Source: Antedon mediterranea (taxonomy: Eukaryota; Animalia; Echinodermata). From it: a DNA stretch of 64,000 nucleotides. A program made the position numbers and the translations under genes. Shown here piece after piece: positions 52,301 through 62,675 of the stretch. How positions within the stretch are numbered: the stretch's first letter is position 1; each line of letters begins with the position of its first letter. The notes beneath the pieces were generated by a model. It was not told the origin of the DNA, searched no databases, and worked only from the letters and a program-made list of their open reading frames with translations. The stretch lies in assembly GCF_964355755.1 (NCBI RefSeq), contig NC_092671.1, positions 25,494,070 to 25,558,069 on the forward strand. The letters run 5' to 3'.

Positions 52301-55300
52301 TTAACTACGCCATTTTTGGTTAAAATAATTACATATAATTACGTTTTTTAGTAATTTATTTTATATATCACCATTGCAAATATCAATAAAACATGTTATT
52401 AAATGCTTATAAAATATATAAAGTTGTTTACTTAACGGAATTCGGACAAATTCATTGCTCTAACTTTGTGTAGTAACGATCAGAGAGATTCATGGTACAC
52501 GCGCGAGAGAAAACATTCCGCTGCGGGTGATTCGCATCCACCAATCAAATCAGCTAGAATCCTAACTCATTCAACCGTGAGCAATGCCAATCGCGAGAAA
52601 GCTCAGCTTTGATTGGCTTACGATGACATCATATCACAAAATGGTGGTTTTGTAGTTGAGCCTCACGGAATATTCTGTTCCAAAAATGAAATAGGGCCTA
52701 CATGGATATTTTTTATGGTATATGTGCTTTTTCTTTAAAAATTTTGAATAATAAAGGCCTCATATCGAGAAAAAAAAACCGGGTTTTTGGCACTTATAAT
52801 AAATATATCTTAGACAAAAAAGCACATGGCATGTGGAACTATATAATCTCTTAGCGTAGGAAGACATACAAATCCCAGGTCATGAGAGGCTCAACTGCAT
52901 GCAAAAACAAGGTTTTAGGGTAAGGTCAAAGACTTTTGAGTAAACAATCTACCGCGTACGGCCGTACGTACGTGCTACACATTTTTTACGTGTTTCGTTA
53001 GATGTAATGAAAATAAAAAATAGTTGATCTGAAGGGATCAATGATGATATGATATGTAAATAAACAAACACTCAAAAGAATTATGTTTACAGTTCAATTA
53101 TTGTCAGAATAAATAGTTTATTTTTTTCCCCGGCACCTTTGTTTGCCGACGGCCGCGATGATGTGCCGACGGAAACGAAATCAGGGGGGCCCGGGCCCCC
53201 CCGGCCCCCCTACTGGATACGCCACTGATCGGCAGCCCACGAAATTCAGAAAAAAGAAGGTCGGCAAAAAATTGCCGACCTTAAATTCGCCAAGGTCGGC
53301 AGTCTCGGCAGTTCTAAAAATAGAAAATTCACCCCAAGGTCTAAACCTCTTGCTAACCTAAAAAAGGCCTAGCTAGGCCTAGCCTCCCTAGCTATATGTT
53401 ATGCAAAAAGAACTAGCAAAATTAACTAAAAAAAAATATAAAAACCTAACACTAAAATCTACAAGATAAATTCTATTTGATAATTAATTGGTGAACATCA
53501 TGGTTCTGGAGCCCGTTCTGGAGCTAGCTGTACACAGAGCATAGTTGCTTGCTTGGCATAACAGGGTATTCCCATACACAGCTCTGTGGCGCGCAGCACT
53601 GTGCCCAGCCAGCTTGCTTGATAGGAAAGCATGCAGCTCACACACAAAATGATGTAATGGTTGAGTGAATTCAGGGATCATCTTAATTCCATGGTTTGTT
53701 AACTAAACACAACATGGTGGTGAATATGCCTGTTAAAATTTCAATGATACGATCCCTTAAAGTACCATGTTGTTGCTAGGAGGCTTGAAAGGAGGGATCT
53801 AGCCTAGTTTCTAGGTCGGCAATCTCTTGCCGTCCTCTGACAATTTAAGGTCGGCAATAAGGTCGGCAATTGCCGATTGCCGACGTGAAATTCGTGGGCT
53901 GGATCGGAGGTACTGTCGTATGACTAGAGCCTAAAATGAGACTTAGACTGAGACCTTGATAAATGGTTGGGTGGGTGACTATGTACAGTGTGCAGTTTTA
54001 GACAATTTAAAAAATGTTATAAGATGAATTATGTACTCCAGACCTATATACACAAAGAAATGTATTAGTGCAGCTCAATTGAAAAAAAACCAACAATTTT
54101 ACCAATAAGTGTGTGTCAAATCAACCAGTAGTGGTCTCTGCTATATATTAAATGACACTGCCGAAGAGGAAACATTTCAGAATTGGTGTAGCTCCAAAGT
54201 TTAAACATGGACATTAGCCATATAGAGAATGCGTGGCATTTTTTGAAGGACTAATTTCTAACCTTAATATTTCAAGAATAAATAAATAATAACATTTGTT
54301 TGGTTACTAATGAATAAAAGAAGTGAAAACAGGCTAAAGCCCAAACAGACAGTAAAATGTATCATATATACAGTATATAGTTTAAAATTGGGGCTTGGTT
54401 TGTCTGTTTAGCATCTGAGCAATTTGGAATGAATTTTACCTCTCATGGCAATGGCCATACTGATGAATTGTTAGATTCTGTCTATCTTTATGTCAACTTA
54501 AATTTAACTTTTTGCATCTAAGCCCTCCCTCTGGAGAGCACGGGCTATTGTCGGTTTATACAGGTAAGCTAGGCACGAAATAAGACTAATTCTCATTAAA
54601 ATGTAATGATTAAGGTCAAAGGTCAAAACACTTTCAATAGCATTTAGTACATTATTTCTATAAGAGTAAAAAGAAACATGGGTGTTTTGGAGTATTTTGA
54701 CACCAAATTCCCTTATGTATTCCTATCGATCACCAAGATTTCTATACAATTTTGGTATAAAATATGACCAGATCAAGGGTTCAAAGGTCAAAATAGAAGG
54801 TTTCTAAAGGAATTTGGTATTTTTCTTTCATTAAAGTGAATAGAAAGTTGGGCATTCCGAATAATTTGGGACAACTTTGAAGTCTCTACGGCCAGTCGTT
54901 GATGAGATATAATACAAATTTAGGGTCAAAGTTCAAAACATGCATTTCCGGTCATTTTTTTAAAAACTTTTCCATTATAATGAATATAAATATGGGTCTT
55001 CTGAGTATTTTGACACCAATTTCGCTTGTGTACTCCTATTGATCACCAAGATGTCTATACAATTAAAATATGTCTAGGTCAATAGTTCAAAGGTCAAAAT
55101 AGAAGGTTTCTAAAGGAATTTGGTATTTTTCTTTCATTAAAGTGAATAGAAAGTTGGGCATTCTGAATAATTTGGGACAACTTTGAAGTCTCTATGGCCA
55201 GTCGTTGATGAGATATTGAGATAATCCAAATTTAGGGTCAAAGGTCAAAACATTTCTGACCATTTTTTGTTAAACTTTCTCATTACAGTGAATATAAATA

Positions 55301-58300
55301 TGGGTCTTCTGAGTATTTTGACACCAAGATTGTTTACTTACATCTACTGGTTGTCAGCATATGGTAAATAATTTTAAGATGGCCGCCATTTTGAAAAATG
55401 GCCCAATCTGGTTGAAGCACAACGGGGAAACCCGGGGACTTTTAGTATGTTGTTTCAGACAACATTAGGGACCTATCCTGAAAAATTCAGCTTTAGCATA
55501 TTTATTTCTACCTCAAAGTCTAATACTCCTGGACTAAAAACTCAAGAAAAACAAATACCAATGAAAACCATTTCAAACAAACAAAGAACTTAGAAAGGAA
55601 GACCTTAAATTTTGAAAATAATGTAATTTTCTAAAGCATAATTAGAGGTTTTGAAGGAACGACATTGGTAAAAGAACTTAAGTATAATACTTGTACTCAG
55701 TAGGTATTAAAATCTCCTAAAAAGAGAAAGAGGCATAATCGTAAGAAAATTGGACATAATTTTAGCTTCAATTACATTCTAATACATATTTCAAAGACTG
55801 AAAAAATCTTACCCAGAATTATTGACAGCCATGATATTACTTATAAGACCAAGTGGATATGTTATCATGCTGGCAAAGAACTGTAATAATAAAATGTAGT
55901 TATAATAGAGATACGGCTAGACAAGAACATCTCATGTGTTGAATTTGCCATCATTTATTTGAAATATACATAATTTATGTCACTTTACGACAAAAACTAG
56001 CATGTTCGCTATTTCCAAGCTCAACATAATTTTTTAAATGTCTCGTGCCGAATTAAATAAATTAAAAAACTTATTCATTTTATTAAATTTTCTCAATTAT
56101 TACAGTAAACAATGATCATATAGCAATATATAAACAATATTTTCATTTTCAGAAAGTTTAAATAATAGTTTTACCTAGTAGGGGTAAACAATGATCATAT
56201 AGCAATATAGAAACCGTTTGATTGTTTGATATTTTAATTTTCACAAAAGTTAAATAATATATGTGGTGTAACAAGCATACCCCTGTTATTGCACGGCTGT
56301 AGCTTCGCAGTTCTGTCACATTATGAGTCTAAAAAGAAATAAATAAATAAATTGATATGAATACAAATGAAGTCAAAGAAGGAGAGACTAAAATAAATGA
56401 TGGAAAAATGAAATTCTTTGAGTGATAACAATCACCCAAAACAAATATTCCACCTCAGATTCATCTGCTTAACAACCTACCATTAGACCAAGGGATATAT
56501 GTTGTTCAAATTCGATTGAATAGCTATTGTCATCCTTACAATGGATTTAAATGTTAATATGTGGGCAAAATCAAAACTAGAAGATTATGAACCTTTAGTT
56601 GCCCAGAAATTGTACTCTTAAACTCAAATTTCCAAAATGAAAAAGTGCTGATTCCACCCACAGTTTTTAATTATATGCACAACATATCAACATTTTGAGC
56701 ATAAATTAGACAGATGACATCTGTGAGGAGAGATCATTATACTATATTCAAATTCTTTGTTGCAACAAAGTAAGCAATATTGAATACAATATTAAAATAA
56801 CAATAAAATAACCCTTGACATTCACTATAAGAACAGAGAAAATTCAAAGGCATAAGAATAACATTGGAAATAATAATAAAGTTTGACAATTTCAAATAAA
56901 GAATATGTACATCAACCTATTTCCTCAATAGTGAAATAGAAAACTATTTCTCTAACCTGTTCATCAAGTATATAATTATTGAGAAGGTAATACAGCGCCC
57001 TCGCTAACCATAGAGAGCTAATCTCAAGTAGTAGTCTTGGAGCCAAGCCACTGTAAAGACAAAATATAACAGTTTTACCACTTGAATTGATGTAAAATGT
57101 GTAAATTATTTCCTCCAAATTGGATTGGCATTCATGGACAGTAGACGCCCTATAATAATAAATAATAATAAATGAAAACTTATATAGCGCCGGTATCCTC
57201 CACCCATGTGGCGCTCATGGCGCTTTGTGCATTAACAACGTGCGAGAACATCAGCGAATAGCGACGTCTTTAGGTTGGTCTTGAAACTGTTTAGACTAGT
57301 TGAGCATTTAACTGTTGCTGGTAAGCTGTTCCATACACTTGCGGCCGCAACGTAAAAAGATCTCTGACCCCACTGATTTTTCGCTCTACGCTCTTGAAGA
57401 AGGTTTTGTGACAATGATCGTAGGCCTCTACGGGATGATTCGTAACGATCCACAAGGTCAGATAAATAAGCAGGAGCACTGTCATTTACTATCTTGAATA
57501 CAAACAACGCAAGTTTGTACTTAATACGTTGTTGAACAGGCAACCAATGCAAATCCATCAGGACAGGAGTTATGTGAGCGTTTGATTTTGTATTTAAGTT
57601 ACAATTCTAGCTGCCATATTTTGCAAGCGCTGCAAACGTTGTATTTGAGATTTTGGTATGCCAAACAACAAGGCATTACCAATGTCAATTTTAGAAGTGA
57701 CAAATGAGTGTACAATCAATTCAGCTGTTTTCTTGTTAAGATTACCGCGAATACGACCAAGGTTCCTAATCGATATGCATGCTGCTTTGGATACAGTTGT
57801 TATTTGTGCTTCCATAGTGAGATTACTATCCAGCATGATTCCCAGATTCCGGACCACCGATGAGGAATTTACATTCCTCTTCTGTGCAATGTAAGCTTGA
57901 CGATCTATTTCCAGATGAGAGATTCTCCATTTCTTTTCAAGCTTACGCTTTGTTCTTTTCTCAGCATAGATGTCACTGTTATACCAACTAGTGTTTGGTC
58001 GGACCTTTACTGTTCTCTTTTTCGGTGGTGCGTGTTTGTCAAGAAGTTCACTCAAAGTGGTGACATATAGTCGTACTTTACTTGATAAATCAAGATTTGA
58101 GAGCGAAGTTCCGAGATCAGACTGTGTGATATCTTTACATAATGTCTCAAAATTTATAGCATTCCAATGACGAGTTTCGATGGATTTAGTGATTACGGGT
58201 GGCTTCTTGATAAGGAGATTACATGTGATTGCATAGTGATCTGATATACCATCAATGACATTAAGGTTTGAGAAAACAGGAGGATCAGATGAACGAGTGA

Positions 58301-61300
58301 TCAGCAAGTCTAATGTATGACCATGTCGGTGTGTAGGTGTAGACACATGCTGTTGAAGACTGCTTGCTACAAGTAGATTCCGAAAATGAATTGCATCTGC
58401 ATCATTTGGCATATCCACATGGATGTTAAAGTCTCCAATGAATAGTATGGGAGCCGGCTTCAATACATAGTGATCAACCAAAGTTGAGAATTCTTCAGTG
58501 AAAACATTTAGACTGCAACCCGTTGATTTGCTTTGAGGACGATATACTGCTACGAGGAAAACTGAGGATGCATTGCTGACTATTTCCACATTTAGCAGTT
58601 CAAATGATTTTGGTAATAATCCCGTGTCATAACATTTAACCGCTATGCTTTCCTTGTAAAGAAGTGCAACTCCACCACCTCTTTTAGTACCAGCACGGGG
58701 AGCATGTTTGAGAGAGTATCCGTTGGGTGTAATATTTCCTATAACTGATGTGTCTTCTGGTTTAAGCCACGTTTCCGAAAGGGCAACAACATCCAGATTA
58801 TGTTCTGTTGTTTTGTTCCGAACGGATCTTGTATTAATACTGCAAAATTTAATATTGTTTTTAGATAAGAGAGAGTTTGATGATAAGTCCGGAAATGATA
58901 GATTGTTTTTAGTGTGTTTGTCACGCCCAGCTCTTGTACCACGCCTGGTTTTTCTTTTTGGCCTCCTTGGTAATAGGTGGATACTACAGCTACTGGAGTT
59001 CAACTTAAAAGATTGTATAATTAAGCAAGATTCTTCAAGAAGTTCACAACTGTTATTGTTGTTGGTTACACAGCCCTGTAAACCATGAAGAAACTCAGAG
59101 CTATAGCTAATTAGCATGACAACAGCAGATCTTCAAGCATGAGGTGTACAAGGTCATTTACATAACAATATGCACAGTCAGATTGAAAGTACAGGGCTAG
59201 CTTCCCACTGATGCTAGTAGACCATTGTTCTTGGGCAGTGATGAGTTTGAATTAAAACAATAAAGGCACAAGCAGGGCCTAGCTGAACTTCAGGAAACAA
59301 CAAGAAAAACAACTGCGATTTACTCCAAGATATGATTATTTCCACATAAGAAATTTGTGAATATATGGTGCTCAATTTGCTATTCCAGCATCCAGTAAAA
59401 CTTATTTGATGAAAAAAACCATCTGCAAACAGATACGAAGTTGTTATGCACAGAGCAATATAGAGCCGCCACATGGGCGCTGCAACACTCCTCTCCCTAT
59501 ATAAGGGGACATGTACACCAACAATACGTCCCCTTAACAGAGGTGTCCTCTAATGGGTTACCCTGATAATGTTTATTTTCATATTAACGCGTCCCTTTAA
59601 GGGGAGTTCGAAAAGTTGGGTTCTAAAAACCAGGAAACGAGTGCCCATTCAGAATCATTACCATTTTAATTACTTGCCCTTATTGCCTATTAAATGTAAA
59701 GTACTACTTTTCAAGAGCAACAATAATTGATTTTTGTGCAATGCATTATTCATTATGCAATGAACAATAAAACATTTCTTATTATATAATAAATTATTCA
59801 ATAGGATTAAAAAGAATAATAAATAATTTGTTATTATGTGATATATCTATATGAAATGCAATTGCCTATTATGTGATTCAATATGAAAAGAACAATATGC
59901 AATAATATTATCTCATATGAAATGTACAATAGGTACTGCAATATTATAAGTAGGTATTTACCATTATGTCAAGTGCAGCAGAGTTTACAGAGTTACTTAC
60001 GCAAAAAATCCTGCAATTCCATTATCATTATAAACTTGTGTAAAAGGTGAAAACCATCCACTAAATAAAATAAAAAAGAATTGTAAATAAACATTATACC
60101 TTAAAATAAACATAAAAACATTGCAGTAATTTGTGATTTTATTAGCAAAATCATTTATTTCTCTTTCAAATACAAACTGGATATTTAAAATCAATAAGCT
60201 ACCATGATTGTTAATTAATCACAAAACACATGTTACTTATTGTTTAATTTTTTTTTTTAGTGAAATAAATATTCCATTTCTCTACAACAATTTTCATGAT
60301 TATTATCTTAATATTATAAATACGTCTGCCTTTTATTAGGTAATTTGGATTTATATACACAAACAAAGCCATACATGGGCACAATTAGAGTAAAACACCT
60401 ATTACGGGACACCTCCAAGACCGAACAATGTGTCCACTTAATAGGGGTAGTACCCCCTGAATAGGGATTGGATATAGTGGTAAAACACATATTTTCATGA
60501 GAAAGTTTCCCCTTAATTGAGGTGTCCCCTGAATATGAATGACAGAAAGTTGTTGTAAATGTTACCTGTACAGTGTTTCCTTCCCTACAAATTGTACCAT
60601 AGATCTAACAGCTACAACATGAAATGGGTGATTGATAATAACAGCAACACAGTTGGAAACCATTACCTTGGATGTCTAAAATGAATTAGAAATAGGTATT
60701 AAGACTATTAATAATATAATTGTATAACTTTAAAAAAATTATAAAGTGTTTGTTCTCTCAACTCTCCACATACCAGACTCTCCAAAACCTTGAGGTCTAA
60801 AATACTGTTTTACAATTTTTTTTAATTGAAATATTAAGAACATATTAGGCTAGCATTATGTATTGGGAGAGTTGGCTGCATTAGATAGAATTTATGACCG
60901 TAACTGTAAGAAATGTCTTCATTTAGCAAATCAAAATTGTTTTCTTGGGTAATAAATGATCAAGTTGTATCCCAAACATAGCCAAGATCTAATTTGATGA
61001 AAGCATAAAAAACAATTTTCATTACCATGGTTCAGTGAACAGTTGACTATACCACATGTTTAGTTCACTGCACCACATAATGTCCTTCTTTAATTAAATT
61101 TGAATCTGCTTTTCAAAAAATGTTTTTTATAGATACAAACCTCAATTGTAAATGTCTTAACGTCAGACTTGCCTAATCCACGAAACTTCTTCTGCTTTGC
61201 TGAATCGGACGTTGGAAATAAATCATCCAATTTCTGTTAAAGTAAAATACAGACTAAATAATATCTATGATAGTAAATAATTTTTTTTTTTTTAATGTTT

Positions 61301-62675
61301 TTGCCATCAAAGAATATTAGGCTGTGTTTATACAACACCCTTCTTACTTTACATGCCTACTATGTATGCATGTTTTCACAGACAAAGGCCAATCCCCTAA
61401 ACTGAGCTGTTCATACATGAATGTCAAATGCCGTGTTGTGAACATGAAGGTCAGTCACAGCCAAACGTCTGCTGCTATAACTTCTGCTGCGACTTGTCCC
61501 CTGAGGTTACTTAAAAACGCTACTACAGCTAACCAACCGGCCAAATTTGGCCGGTCTTGGTAGCCTTTTCAGGTGGATTCCTAAGTACACGCAATCCATT
61601 CATGTTTATACAACATGCCAGTGTACAACCGTGTTGATTTAGCATGTTGTATAAAAGCGCCCTTAGAATAAGAATGTTGTACCAAAGGGCTCTTGAGATC
61701 ACTAGGTAATATATAATTGAATGTGAAGAAATTATCTGGGTGCCCTAGACATTCTTTTATTATTCCATACTGTAAAGGCAACTAAACAGTATATCAAAAC
61801 ATTATAACCATTAAAGAAAATGTAAATTAGCAAAAATACATGCAAAACATACCTCTTGCACAGCTTGAGAAACAGAATTACCCACAATACTTTCACATAT
61901 GCGAGGACACAGACCACGGTAAAGGCCTGTAAAGCCGTCTACCTTTTTGATATGACCAGCTGTATATGGTAACAAAATTTAATGTAAATGGAAAATTGTA
62001 CTGTAGGCCTGGTAGTTGGCAGAGTGGAAAAAGGTACTCTAAAGTGTTTCAATCTACAGGTGTTTGAACATAATGCACTTGTCATTTGTACGACCCCCAG
62101 GAAAGATGCATCATGGATGCGTCATTTAAAAATAATTATTGATGCAGAAGTGCAGAACAATGATGTGTCAATGTTTGTCACTTTGCCACCCACCCTATTA
62201 TGAACAACATTGTCACTGTGCGTCAAAATGGCTGTGTCATGGTCACCTACAGGTAAGCCACTTTTTTGACGTAGGGGTGCATCATTCATAGTATTCATGG
62301 GTTATACAATTGACAAGTGCATAATTAGTGGATCAAAATCTAAGTCATTTTCGACATGAGAAAAATCATAATAATCTGAAATAGGCAGGATATGAACCAA
62401 CGACCTTGGGATTAGTAAGCAAGCAAGTTATTTATTCATTTATCATCACAATATAGAGCTTTCATTCAGCTTCATTTTATGATGTGTCATGGGTCATCGA
62501 CTGGACCTAGAAACCATCAAAACTATATGAATGTGGGAGCCAAGGAAACTGAAGTTCAAACAATAAAACTAAAAAAAATTATATAATTACCATATTCAAA
62601 GAAACCTGGCAAGAAGGTCACTCTTCTCATAAAAATATTCCTCCCCTCTCTTTGAGGAAGAGGTTCAAATCCAAT
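49361..62675 (-). CDS. MTCH2: Mitochondrial carrier homolog 2 (outer-membrane SLC25-like protein); 5'-partial, exon 1 outside window
   Basis: Exons: 62591-62675 (IGFEPLPQREGRNIFMRRVTFLPGFFEY), 61853-61959 (GHIKKVDGFTGLYRGLCPRI), 61141-61233, 60566-60675 (HPFHVVAVRSMVQFVGKETLY), 60001-60060 (GIAGFFA), 56957-57050 (GLAPRLL), 56281-56328, 55813-55880 (FFASMITYPLGLISNIMAVNNSG), 50421-50496 (PYMPTYTNWLDC), 49361-49441 (GDLKRGSSIFWR...TAA). All GT-AG and in phase; the motifs match MTCH1/2 as I know them. Confidence 0.95.
49965..50258. repeat. 96-bp tandem repeat, 3 copies
   Basis: ATAAAGACTGAAGTGGACGG... begins at 49971, 50067 and 50163 in the last MTCH2 intron. Confidence 0.93.
51969..53227. mobile_element. 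hAT-like non-autonomous element nested in the foldback element
   Basis: 15-bp TIR CAGTGGCGTATCCAG / CTGGATACGCCACTG. 8-bp TSD ATCGGAGG at 51961-51968; the right copy is split by the next element (ATCGG 53228-53232, AGG 53908-53910). GC-rich subterminal palindrome GGGGGGCCCGGGCCCCCC. Confidence 0.85.
53233..53901. mobile_element. TIR element with a 6-bp TSD inserted at the right junction of the hAT-like element
   Basis: TIR CAGCCCACGAAATTCA / TGAAATTCGTGGGCTG (15/16 match). GATCGG is duplicated at 53227-53232 and 53902-53907. Subterminal AAGGTCGGCA/TGCCGAC motifs are repeated at both ends. Confidence 0.82.
57155..59494 (-). mobile_element. L2/CR1-group non-LTR retrotransposon, non-autonomous (APE endonuclease kept, RT core deleted)
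   Basis: ORF 57594-59117 has APE motifs (INTRSVRNK, ALSETWL, GGGVALLY, VYRP, GDFNIH, GHTLDL, ISDH) and joins directly to the post-RT region (VRNLGIMLD...LQRLQNMAAR). After a frameshift near 57596 it continues as HITPVLMDLHWLPVQQRIKYK (57232-57558). The 3' UTR has an AGCGCC...GGATA...GGCGCTATATAA stem and a (TTA)n-like tail. 7-bp TSD CCCTATA at 57148-57154 and 59495-59501. Confidence 0.92.
57232..59117 (-). pseudogene. LINE ORF2 remnant: APE endonuclease plus C-terminal domain, RT deleted, one frameshift
   Basis: ORF track 57594..59117 (507 aa) and 57232..57558 (108 aa) are in different frames. No RT motifs (PQGS, YADD) are present; the deletion junction is at about 57862-57870. Confidence 0.88.
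60388..60535. repeat. Interspersed GTCCCTTAATAGGG/GGGACA repeat family
   Basis: Diverged copies also at about 14605-14715, 31075-31125, 39625-39790, 47535-48115, 49550-49710 and 57140/59495-59620; two copies were hit by later insertions. Confidence 0.55.

Larger units (their letters stand above)
50533..55536. mobile_element. Non-autonomous foldback DNA transposon with about 1-kb TIRs, Academ-like
   Basis: Termini TAGTCCAGGAGTATTAGAC...GTCTAATACTCCTGGACTA. The inverted arms (about 50533-51700 and 54600-55536) are built of about 310-bp subrepeats. AAA flanks both sides (3-bp TSD). TAG..CTA termini, long TIRs and a 3-bp TSD fit the Academ superfamily (recalled family properties). No transposase ORF. 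Confidence 0.8.

Noticed and set aside
54455-54580. CTGATGA as a possible hammerhead ribozyme core
   Set aside because: I could not find correctly placed stems and a GAAA partner; the adjacent segment is an interspersed repeat also seen inverted at about 42080-42137.
57658-59088. Plus-strand ORFs of 66-126 aa
   Set aside because: Antisense shadows of the LINE ORF.
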